A DNA stretch of 20,000 nt from Catajapyx aquilonaris (taxonomy: Eukaryota). This document shows positions 11,049 through 20,000 of the stretch, piece by piece. The stretch lies in NCBI GenBank assembly GCA_000934665.2, contig KZ538053.1:121301-141300 (forward strand), in the 5' to 3' direction. Made by a program: the position numbers and the translations under genes. The notes beneath the pieces are model-generated. The model saw only the letters and a program-made list of their open reading frames with translations, made no database searches and was not told where the DNA came from. Position 1 is the first letter of the stretch, and each line of letters starts with the position of its first letter.

Positions 11049-11895
11049 CAGGGTGTAACAAGACCCCATGCAGAAATTTTAAAGGTGGGTAGGGGACCCC
11101 AAAACAAACATTTTTGACCAATGAACCCACCCTCTAAAAAAATCACAAATTCACTTAAATCGATTACTGAGGTTAGTGTCTGTTAGTAACAGTTATGTGA
11201 TTGCTGTTACTCTACAGGAGCGTTGTCATGGTAGTGTTGACAATTTAGTACAGTACTGTAGTAGTAGGCTGTGTGTACAAGTGGCTGGAGGACACTTTGA
11301 GCAGCTCCTTCGATTGCAGGTTAGGTCCAATAAAGGTGGTGGTATTTTCATGTCAGCGTTCATTGATTTGTGGCGGTGACGACCTTTTACAGTACTGTAC
11401 TAAATTGTCAACACTACCCTGACAACGCTACTGTTTTGTTTTGTTACCCCGTGCTCGAGCCATTGCAGCTCGTTTTGGGGGGAGGGGGAAAGTTCCCAAG
11501 GGGGAGCATCCACGGTTTATAGTCACTCACGACTCTCTCAGATCACCAGACCTTTTTTCTGGCCCCGGGCAGCTAAGGGAGTGAAATGCTGCCCCGGCGT
11601 GTCGGGTGAAAAGCGGAAAAAGACCCGGCCAAGCAGAGGTGACGGGGACGGGATTTGAACCCCGGCCTCCCGCTTGGCTAGCCAGTGGCGTAACCACTAG
11701 ACTACCACACCTCCCTATGACAATGCTACTGTAGAGTAGCAACAACCACATAACTGTTACTACAGGCAGTAACCAGTTATCGATTTAAGTGAATTTCATG
11801 ATTATTTTAGAGGGTGGGTTCATTGGTCAAAAATGTTTGTTTTGGGGTCCCCTACCCACCATTAAAATTTCTGCATGGGGTCTTGTTACACCCTG
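11049..11895. mobile_element. CAGGGTG-type foldback MITE (~210-bp arms) with a SINE in its right arm
   Basis: TA|cagggtgtaacaagaccccatgcagaaatttt... / ...aaaatttctgcatggggtcttgttacaccctg|TG. The central spacer encodes a transposase C-terminal peptide. Confidence 0.9.
11435..11717 (-). mobile_element. tRNA-derived SINE (near-identical to 17402-17698)
   Basis: On the minus strand: GGGAGGTGTGGTAGTCTAGTGG (A box) and GGTTCAAATCC (B box). TSD tgacaa(c/t)gctactgt at 11420-11434 and 11718-11732. Confidence 0.92.
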
Positions 11896-11907
11896 TGTGT
11901 ATATATA

Positions 11908-12785
11908 CAGGGTGATCCAACTTTATGGCACCAGAAGTTATTTGAAAAATCGCGCAAGCTGCTTGTTTATAAGCAGGTCGTTGCTAAGAGATGCTTTCTG
12001 GCTCTTTCTGGAGAATCGGGAATAGCACCTGCTGATATTAGGTCCAATGCCCATGTAACAATATTAATGAGGGGGAAAAAGGGTCATCCGTGGGAAACAG
12101 GCCTGTTCTGGTGTTCGCTGGAGGGTTTCACATAAGGTCACTAGCTGCCAAACCAGAGGCCTAATCCGTCGGAACTACCCGGGTGTGTCAATAAATAGGC
12201 CTTCTGGTCTGTTCATTGTTGGCCGCAGTTGGCGCAACTGGGACAGGTCAATAAGCAGCGTTGTTTAGTTACCAGTCTTAGCACCTGCTGATATTAGGTC
12301 CAATGCCCATATGCCCAATGCAGACTGTACTGTTAGAACCCTGGAAGCCCTTGGGCGGCCCTCGAACAGGCCCCCTGAGTAAGGCATGTCCTGGTCCTGA
12401 CTCTACAAGAATTATTTATTTATACTGGTAACTAAACAACGCTGCCTCATTGCGCCAACTGCGGCCAACAATGAACAGACCAGAAGGCCTATTTATTGAC
12501 ACACCCGGGTCTGTCCAGTTCCGACGGATTAGGCCTCTGGTTTGGCAGCTAGTGACCTCATGTGAAACCCTCCAGCGAACACCAGAACAGGCCTGTTTCC
12601 CACGGATGACCCTTTTTTTCCCTCATTAATATTGTTACATGGGCATTGGACCTAATATCAGCAGGTGCTATTCCCGATTCTCCAGAAAGAGCCAGAAAGC
12701 ATCTCTTAGCAACGACCTGCTTATAAACAAGCAGCTTGTGCGATTTTTCAAATAACTACTGGTGCCATAAAGTTGGATCACCCTG
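11908..12785. mobile_element. CAGGGTG-type foldback MITE with >330-bp near-perfect arms
   Basis: TA|cagggtgatccaactttatggcaccag ... ctggtgccataaagttggatcaccctg|TA. ~11908-12240 is inverted at ~12450-12785. Confidence 0.93.
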
Positions 12786-12900
12786 TATATCATGCTGCTG
12801 TGGTACTGCAATATAAGGGCCAGTTTTGTGTTTTCATATTCTTTCCCTGCTTCTACAGGGTGTTTCTTACTAATAGGTCATCCCACCAACAGCATAATCC

Positions 12901-13350
12901 TTGGCCCAAACCACGTCTAAAATGTAGGGGTGAGAAATGTCAAGGGACCAACCTGTAACGAGATGGACGACCAGAAACGTAGGCCTACCCCTAGACACAG
13001 GTGGCAACACATGACGCCTAGCTTTGTTGGGAGAACGCCTGGCAGGTGGACATGCATGCCTTTTAGTGGTTGCCTAGGGAGCAGGATATGAGCGTGATAT
13101 CACTTCTGTGAAGGGAGTGATCTTGCAAAATCCCAACAGTCATGATTATTGGCTCGCATTCTGCTCCCTAGACAACCACTGTAAGGTGCGCAAGTCCATC
13201 TGCCAGGGGATCTCCTTACAAAGAGGTGTCGTGTGTGTTTCTGCATGTGTCTAGGCTCTAGGGATAGGCCAATGTTTCTAGTCATCTACTTCATTACAGG
13301 TTGGTCCCTCGACATTTCTCCCCCCTACAATTTAGATGTCGTTAGGGTCA
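12901..13350. repeat. Diverged ~450-bp palindrome (old foldback MITE)
   Basis: gtctaaaatgtaggggtgagaaatgtcaagggaccaacctgtaa pairs with ttacaggttggtccctcgacatttctcccccctacaatttaga. Inner arms agtggttgcctagggagcag / ctgctccctagacaaccact. Confidence 0.8.
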
Positions 13351-13738
13351 AGAGAGGCCAGGGGAGAGATACCAGACTTTCCTCTCTTCTTTTTCCCCCT
13401 TTGTTTCTGTCTCCATCTGTCCCACCTTCGCATCTTCTATAGCCAGATAGCCATAGTTGCTTTGACTTTTTCCTAATAAGCCAACTAAACCAAACCTCCC
13501 AAGTTCTCTTTCAGCTCAGAAATTGTCATTGGTCAACCCTCAACCTTCACCATCACTGCAACCCAAACCTGGCCATCCTGGTAGAGAACAACCATGAACG
13601 GCATGCTTCCTTCACTCTCTGCACTGCTGACCCTCCTCCTGCTGCCACCTCTACTCCAAGCTATTTCTCTGTCCCCTCCTCCACCCCACCACACCACCTA
13701 CTTTTCCTACCACTTGTCTGTGCCACAAGCCCATTATT

Positions 13739-14046
13739 AATGCTGGGGTAATGTGCTTTCGCCTCCACCTGGGGGCATATTGCATGGACCTTTATTTGAT
13801 GATGGTACATTTGGAGCCTAATCATTTGAAATGCCCGGGTCCAGCAGGATTACAGGAGGGGATGTACAAGGTGCAGTGTAATATCCTAATGTGACCATTT
13901 TTAGTGAACTCCCCCGGGTGCCAGAGGGAGCCAGAGGCGACCTGAACTCTGCACGAGATGAAGGGGGTGACCCTGGGCGGGATTTGATCCCGGGACCTTA
14001 ACATCTGTCGGCGCATACGTTACAACTGCAGCACCACTTCACCTCC
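13739..14046 (-). mobile_element. tRNA-derived SINE related to 10727-11048 but with a different 3' tail
   Basis: Minus-strand head GGAGGTGAAGTGG...ttaaggtcccgggatcaaatccc and body ggggagttcac...acatcccctcc are shared with 10727. TSD ccacaag(c/t)ccattatt at 13723-13738 and 14047-14062. Confidence 0.88.
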
Positions 14047-14419
14047 CCACAAGTCCATTATTGCTTCCCACAATGAACCCTGATAAACCCCCAACACAAA
14101 ATGTAACTTGCGAAAATAATATTCTTGAATGTATCTCTGTCTGATACTGAGTCAAATGGCTAATGGCAACTTCCTAACCTGAGCTGTTTTGAAGATAGCA
14201 CATACCAGGGAAATATGGGCAAAATACCAGTTTAATAACATGCAGATGGATGAGTAACACGTATGGACTTGCGGATTGTGTAATAAAATGCAAAAATATG
14301 TAGGCCTAACAGCAAGAGGTAACTGGCAATCATGCACAAATAAATTACGTCGTATTCCCAGAAATAACCAAATTAATGCACTCTTTTTTTTGGCAAGGTT
14401 AAAAAAAATTGTAATGAAG

Positions 14420-14800
14420 AGTTGCTGGGTGAGAATTATGTATGGCTGATGTGTGAAGCAGGTGTCATTTTAAAACATGTCATTGATAATACAAGTAGGA
14501 CAATACATACTAAAAGTAAAATAAAACCTACTCTTTCAGATACAGCAGTGATGTTAAATGCAATATGATTAGCAACACCGCTCCTACACATACAGTAGTT
14601 TAAATATTGTAAATTTTCCTCTAGTGCAGTGTATGGTCACAGGGCAGGGTCAAAACTTGTTAGTTTGCGAAATAAATGTCAAATTGCTTGACTTGAATAG
14701 GAATTTTGAATTATCAATGTAGGCTACGCATAGGGTTCAAGCGCAACATCTGCTGTTATAAGTTTGTGCCCTGTTCAGGTCAGATCGGGTTAGATCTATT
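14420..14800 (+). repeat. Dispersed diverged direct repeat, copy 1 (copy 2 at ~19645-19903)
   Basis: Shared collinear blocks agttgctgg.tgagaa, gtgaagcagg...ttttaaaacatgtcattgat and catctgctgttataagt...tgccctgttc.ggtcagatc...agatctatt. Confidence 0.75.
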
Positions 14801-15341
14801 GTACTGTAAGACCGTGGCCCGTGGGTCCGATAAAGGCTGGAATGTCCCGCGCCCTCTAATTCACATGGGCAACACGGCTGGTAATGGCGAGTATTTGGCA
14901 ACACTGGTGAAGTTCCCGTCAGGTGACTGGCAAGATGGCGGCGGCCTTCCGCTGGTGAGATACGAAAGGGGCTCCAATACTAGCTGCAGGGACATCTTTC
15001 CAAGGGATTCTGCCCAGGACGGACTCTCCCACTGGCATTGCACGTTACTACTTGTAAGTTTGTACTGCGATTTTTTTACGAGTCTGGAATAACGTCACCT
15101 CTGCTTTGCGTGCCTGCTTTGCTGCCATTGTTATGGTGTGACGTGCTTATGAGATGTCATTCCAAACTTGGAAACAATTCAGAGTGAGGCGGATACGCTT
15201 TCAGGGCCCTTCTTGTGATACTCTTGTTGTTTTCAGCCGGATCAACTGAAGAGGTAGAGAAGAAATCGATATCCACGACTGGCATCATTCCTGTACAGAC
15301 TGGGAAGATACGTGACTGGTAAGTGTGCTACAACCGCTATC

Positions 15342-15396
15342 TTTTATTTTATTTATTTTATTACCCCGATAACAGGGCGGAGCCATTTTAGGGGGT
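15342..15396 (-). mobile_element. 55-bp 5'-truncated retroposed insertion consisting only of the shared 3' tail module
   Basis: Perfect 14-bp TSD ctacaaccgctatc (15328-15341, 15397-15410). The insert reads ACCCCCTAAAATGGCTCCGCCCTGTTATCGGGGTA(ATAAA)n on the minus strand. Confidence 0.88.
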
Positions 15397-15454
15397 CTAC
15401 AACCGCTATCCTTAGGGAAAATTGTGTTGAAAAGTCGACCAATGGATTCAGATC

Positions 15455-15600
15455 CAGGGCTGCAATACTAAACTAAACGAAAGAGAAGTTTCGTTCCGAC
15501 GGAAACGAAACCAAACATGTTAGCTATACCATTTCGGTTCGGAAACGAAACTAAATTATCCGGACCATGTTCTGTTTCGTTACGAAAACTAAACGATTCT
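15455..15600. mobile_element. Probable hAT-like left end with aaacgaaa/aactaaac subterminal repeats
   Basis: Starts cagggctgcaat, followed by clustered AAACGAAA/TTTCGTT and ACTAAA motifs in both orientations. No matching right end seen. Confidence 0.45.
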
Positions 15601-15884
15601 TAGGAACTGAACTGGCTGAACTATTTTTTGGACCGAGTTTGCTGCTTCAGGCGTGTGTTCGTGTATTTATGACAGTATATTTGATACCGTAATTGCTGAG
15701 ATTGACAGAGCAGCCTGCCGAAGGTGAGGGCCGGCCATCTCCATCTTGATGCTCGCGGGTGTACATGGGCCAAAATAAACGTTCAAGTTTGTTCCCTCGA
15801 GAGTCTCGAGTTATAGCAGCTCTTGGTTATAGTACAGGTAGTCCCCGGTCTACGAGTGGGGTTACGTTCCTGAAAATATCCATA

Positions 15885-16415
15885 TGGCAGCTGAAAATGC
15901 AGCCTGTGGTGGTCCATATTGTTTATTCTTTTTAATAACTTTAATAATAATATAATAATAATAATTCATACCCCGTTATCAGCCTTTTTCGGCTTTTTAG
16001 GGGGGAAGTTTTTTCTTTTGCCTGGAAATCTTTGCTTTCATTTTACTGCACTTTTTGGGATGGGATAGGGACGGAAGGAAGCGGCTGTGGCCTGTTAATT
16101 ATGGAAACAACTCCGGAATTTCCCTGGAGGGACCGTGGGAAACCACAGAAAACCACGGTCAGAGTTGCCGGCCCCGGGATTCGAACCCAGGACCTCCCGA
16201 TTAGCAGTCGGGTGCCTTATCCACTATGCCAACCTGCTTCGGTTAATAACTTTAATGCGAGAAGGACCACTCGAATTTTTAGTAGAGGATGTCCTGTCTC
16301 TAGACGGAGCAGATAGTTAGCTGTGTTCTGCCACGTTGCCAAGAGTTTTTTGATAAATAGGATTTGTGCATGCTCTATTTCCTCTAATAAATTCAAGCTC
16401 CAAATAGGTTCTGCA
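15885..16415 (-). pseudogene. LINE ORF2 fragment (region downstream of the RT core), split by a SINE
   Basis: AEPIWSLNLLEEIEHAQILFIKKLLATWQNTANYLLRLETGHPLLKIRVVLLALK, continuing in frame past the SINE as LLKRINNMDHHRL. Fits the non-LTR pattern Y...IW....IE..Q..F.K.LL.....T.N...R.ETG...M...RL. Confidence 0.7.
15946..16242 (-). mobile_element. tRNA-Ser(GCT)-like SINE, well-preserved copy
   Basis: On the minus strand: A box TGGCATAGTGG, anticodon-arm-like CGACTGCTAATCG, B box GGTTCGAATCC, (ATT)n tail. 14-bp TSD ttaataactttaat at 15932-15945 and 16243-16256. Confidence 0.93.
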
Positions 16416-16417
16416 TA

Positions 16418-17215
16418 CAGGGTGTAAATGAATTCAGGGGACAAGCTTGTAGGGGTAATAGAGGGGACCAAGACAAACATATCTGACATAGAAACCCGTG
16501 TCCGGAAACGCCATGCAGAGGAGGTTCATAGACGAGGAATGGGTGCGCTCAGGCGCATCAGGCGGGCGGCATTAGCGAGCGGACCGTTTAGTTGCTAGGT
16601 GGCGCATGGATTGTACACAACTTCGCAATTCGCAATAACCTGGCAACAATAGAGTTGTTGTTTATTATCTGCGCGCTACCTAGCATGCTGACTTTAGTTG
16701 TTAGGTGGCTCCAAAGAGTTCTGCTATTATATAATATAATACCTAGAGGAGGTACTCCCTATCCTTTTCCATTAGACAGGCTGAGGCAGCCGCCATCTTG
16801 TTGGAGGTCATATTGTTGTTCTAACAGTTGTCTAGCAACTGGGACAACAACCAATAATGACAACTGGGCGACAATTAGTTCAATAATGTCAGGCGTCCGC
16901 CATCTTGTTGGAGGTCATATTGTTGCCTGCATTGTTGCCTGCCTCACATTTCAGGCCGAGTACCTCCTCTAGGTGTATATATAATATAGCAGAACTCTTT
17001 GGGTGGCTCTGTTGTTGCCAGGTTATTGCGAATTGCGAAGTTGTGTACAATCCGTGCGCCACCTAGCAACTAAACGGTCCGCTCGCTAACGCCACCCCCC
17101 TGAAGCGTCTGAGCGCACCCGTTCCTTGTCTACGAACCCCCTCTAGATGGCTTTTCCGGACACGGGTTCCTATATCAAATATGTTTGTCTTGGTCCCCTC
17201 TATTACCCCTACAAG
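16418..17215. mobile_element. CAGGGTG-type foldback MITE missing ~28 bp of its right terminus
   Basis: TA|cagggtgtaaatg... 16446-16652 is inverted at ~17007-17215. Inner arms ccaaagagttctgctat...cctagaggaggtact / agtacctcctctagg...atagcagaactctttgg. Confidence 0.88.
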
Positions 17216-17218
17216 TTC

Positions 17219-17828
17219 CTACGCAACCCTCACCTTCTCGTAAAAGTCACTGGTAATCTCTTTCAAACATTTAGTTCTTGGTGATTTCTTGTGAAGTCCA
17301 AAAGGGTCGCAGCACCTTCTCTTCAGCCACGAAAATGTTCGCTGCAGAAGAACTTGACTGTGATGATGACATATATTGACGATAGAGGTCCGTGGAACAC
17401 CCGTTTTTTTAAAGTTTTTTTAAATTGATACCCCGTGCTCGAGCCATTCAGCTCGTTTAGGGGGGAGGGGAAGGTTCCCAAGGGGGGGCATCCACGGTTT
17501 ATAGTCACTCACGACTCTCTCAGATCACCAGACCTTTTCTCTGGCCCCGGGCAGCTAAGGGAGTGCAATGCTGCCCCGGCGTGTCGGGTGAAAAGCGGAA
17601 AAAGACCCGGCGAAGCAGAGGTGACGGGGACGGGATTTGAACCCCGGCCTTCCGCTTGGCTAGTCAGTGGCGTAACCACTAGACTACCACGCCTCCCTTC
17701 CGTGGAACACCAGTTCTCTGTGATAAGAAGTCCTTGCCTTCTTCACTGGGAATTAGTAGACCTTGCTGATTTGTGTGTACCAGTTTATGGCAGTTGCTAC
17801 CAATACCACTGAATGACCATTCATCCAT
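17219..17828 (-). pseudogene. SINE-disrupted 99-aa ORF resembling the ARL14EP N-terminal Cys/His-rich domain (probably transposon-borne)
   Basis: Joining 17828-17699 to 17388-17219 gives MDEWSFSGIGSNCHKLVHTNQQGLLIPSEEGKDFLSQRTGVPRTSIVNICHHHSQVLLQRTFSWLKRRCCDPFGLHKKSPRTKCLKEITSDFYEKVRVA*. The motifs CHK..T...G, L..RTG, IC.HH and CCDPF..HKK match ARL14EP as I recall it. Confidence 0.72.
17402..17698 (-). mobile_element. tRNA-derived SINE (near-identical to 11435-11717)
   Basis: Same A/B boxes and body as 11435-11717. Perfect 13-bp TSD tccgtggaacacc at 17389-17401 and 17699-17711. Confidence 0.93.
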
Positions 17829-18829
17829 GATGAATATATTTTCAACCACATATTCGATGAATTTACAGAGTATATGGTGCACTTTTGTCACTAACACACA
17901 CTAGAGGAGCTCAGCAAAGACATGTCAGATCACCATGCCTCTGGCCTCAGAACTGATAAAATCTGATACCACAAGTTTCGAGGGGAAAAATATATTGGTA
18001 CAATGACTAGTCTTATGTGTGATTCTACATAACCATAACTATATTGTAAGTTTGACAGCAAGCATACAGGCTAATGTTGCAAATACTCTTCCTTCCCCTG
18101 GAGGTTTCATATTACTCCTCTCACCCATCTAGCCTGCTTTATTGATAAGGAGGTCTGGGGTAACAAGCAAGATAAGAGGGACTGGTGCAGGATTTACTGA
18201 CTGGCAAAGGTATCATGTTTCCATTGGGATTTTTAAAACCATAAGGTATAATTGAATGAATTCATATGTGAGTATTTTTCCACATTTTTATCAGACGTCA
18301 TGTGAGTAGCTTACAAGATCGTGGACACCTTGCAGTAGACGTGAGTGGGGGAGGAGAAGGGCAGTTGCGGGCTGGGTGGGGTTAGGCTTGGGAATGTTTT
18401 TCTCTAAAAGAAAACATATTACCAGTCTTAAACTTCGTTTCGTGAAGGGCATTGAGCAGAGGTACACGGGGATATTTTTCTCAGGTTTCTACCTTACGTC
18501 ATACTCAAAGGGTCAGAGGTCATGTCACCGACCTCCCAATTTCTGTGTGCAGTTTACGCTGCTAAAACCGATAAAGGTGTGTGGTAGATTCTACATAAAG
18601 TTGTGAATCAAATGACATATTGGCCATACTCCTAGCATGTATAGTTCCGAAGATGTTGTAAAATGTGCATTTTTTGTTTCATATTTTCCCTCCTGACCTA
18701 TTGACCTCTGCTACTTGAAAATATATTCAGACGTACTACTGATGTCTGTCTTAACACATGTGCCAAATTTTGTAACTATTGGAATATGTAGGGTGGCATC
18801 TGGATTTTTTTTTTGGGGGGGGGGGGGGG

Positions 18830-18833
18830 NNNN
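18830..18833. other. Undetermined bases (NNNN) inside a poly-G tract
   Basis: Seen directly; an assembly ambiguity or gap. Confidence 0.98.
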
Positions 18834-19118
18834 GGGGGGTGAACTGTCATGGAATTAACCCACTGCTGATGTGACAGGTCATGCTGATGATAAATGATAC
18901 TTGCTAGTTGACATTTACTAGGGCAGTTAGCTCATTTCTTTCCCATTGTGCCTAGCAATTTATTTTGTAGGAATAAGTAACATTTTTATGTACACTGATG
19001 AACGATGTATTCCCAACTGTTAGGTAGTAATTTGACAGGAATTACGAGGGGCGGTCCAAAATGATTTGCTATTTATTTTTTTAGCATAAATACACTGCTT
19101 TCACAGGTCGGCAGCTGG

Positions 19119-19625
19119 ACACGTAGGTAATTGGATTGTATCGATGGTATTGTTGTTTTTCAGTTGTGCCAACTCCAAGTGCCAACTCAACCTGTACTGG
19201 CTGTCAACAACCTGCCAGTTGGCACAAGTGGAAAACAACAATACAATCAGGGCCGTATTAATACTTTTGTCGCGGGCAGTTGGTCATCTGCCGCCTGCCA
19301 CTCTCCCTACGAATTCCTTCTGTAACGCAAATTCGCGGAAATTTTTTGGGGGGGAGAGCAGCGCCAAATAAGGAAAGCGCAAAAGGGAATATTTTGGGTT
19401 CAAGGTCACACATGCTACTGGGGTATTTGAATGGATGTGTAGGCCTATTTGATGAAATTGAACTGGAACGTGAACTGGAATGACCCCCGGAAATGCAACT
19501 CCGCCACAATTTTTTCCACAGTACCAGAGACAATTTCGCCCCTAAAAATTTGCCGCTTTAGGCAGTTGCCTACTTTGCCTATTGGGAAATCCGGGCCTGA
19601 ATACAATCCAATTTACCTATGTGTC
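19119..19625. repeat. Small foldback whose right arm is split by the hAT MITE
   Basis: gacacgtaggtaattggattgtat...tattgttgtttttcagttgtgccaact (19119-19174) pairs with agttggcacaagtggaaaacaacaatacaat plus ccaatttacctatgtgtc (19217-19247, 19608-19625). Confidence 0.75.
19248..19599. mobile_element. hAT-superfamily MITE (352 bp)
   Basis: Imperfect TIRs cagggccgtatt / aatccgggcctg. Perfect 8-bp TSD aatacaat at 19240-19247 and 19600-19607. Confidence 0.88.
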
Positions 19626-19644
19626 ACGGCCTTAGAGTCACCCT

Positions 19645-19903
19645 GTAGTTGCTGGATGAGAAACAAGACCCCATTATAATTGTGTATTGCTGGTTCGATA
19701 AATTGTGCGTGAAGCAGGCATAATTTTAAAACATGTCATTGATCATCATAGGACCAATGCTCAGTAAAATTAACCATCTCACGCCACACCTATACCCTCT
19801 GCAGCATTACGTACAGACACTCACGAAGAAGCATCTGCTGTTATAAGTCAATGCCCTGTTCTGGTCAGATCTGGTCAGATCCAGCTCTTTGGTCAGATCT
19901 ATT
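19645..19903 (+). repeat. Dispersed diverged direct repeat, copy 2
   Basis: Collinear blocks shared with 14420-14800; local ggtcagatc triplication at 19863-19899. Confidence 0.72.
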
Positions 19904-19904
19904 A

Positions 19905-20000
19905 GGGCGTCTTTACACGTTCCACAAAGTTGAAGCAACTTGCGGGTGACGTCATGAGGGGGCGGAGCTACCTGCCTGATGAGAGGGAGGCCACCGCCTT
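19905..20000. mobile_element. Possible left end of a Harbinger-like MITE (runs off the window)
   Basis: TTA|gggcgtctttacacg terminus style; no partner end visible. Confidence 0.35.

Noticed and set aside
15835..15875. Tigger-like TIR TA|caggtagtccccggtctacga
   Set aside because: Single orphan end with no partner; too little to call an element.
16170..16242. tRNA genes (here and at ~1530-1597, 2975-3055, 10730-10805, 11640-11715, 17625-17697)
   Set aside because: The A/B boxes run into SINE bodies with tails and TSDs; these are SINE heads, not tRNA genes.
17323..17400. THAP-like 'FCSEHF' motif in the minus-strand ORF
   Set aside because: No upstream CxxC or other THAP residues; another frame gives a far more extensive ARL14EP-like match.
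19045..19090. mariner-like TIR TA|cgaggggcggtccaaaa
   Set aside because: Orphan end only; no second TIR or transposase found.

Overview
Eukaryotic, most likely arthropod, genomic DNA. It holds the last four recognisable coding exons of a prostaglandin E synthase 2 gene (PTGES2/mPGES-2; + strand, 4071-10013, CPFC motif). The 5' exon(s) were not found in the window. Almost everything else is nested transposon material: seven tRNA-derived SINE copies with clear target-site duplications (TSDs), TA-flanked CAGGGTG foldback MITEs, pogo/Tigger elements, hAT MITEs, a short Helitron, a LINE ORF2 relic and several long palindromes. Main novel-looking observations: (1) SINEs with different heads and bodies, plus a 55-bp stand-alone insertion, share a 3' module CCCC-(T)AAA-[hairpin]-GGGGTA-[simple repeat] whose inner stem changes sequence but keeps pairing; (2) a hidden 99-aa ORF resembling the ARL14EP N-terminal Cys/His domain appears only after a SINE is excised; (3) a ~3.1-kb foldback element whose arms are masked by nested insertions. 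All family assignments are by eye; no database search was run.
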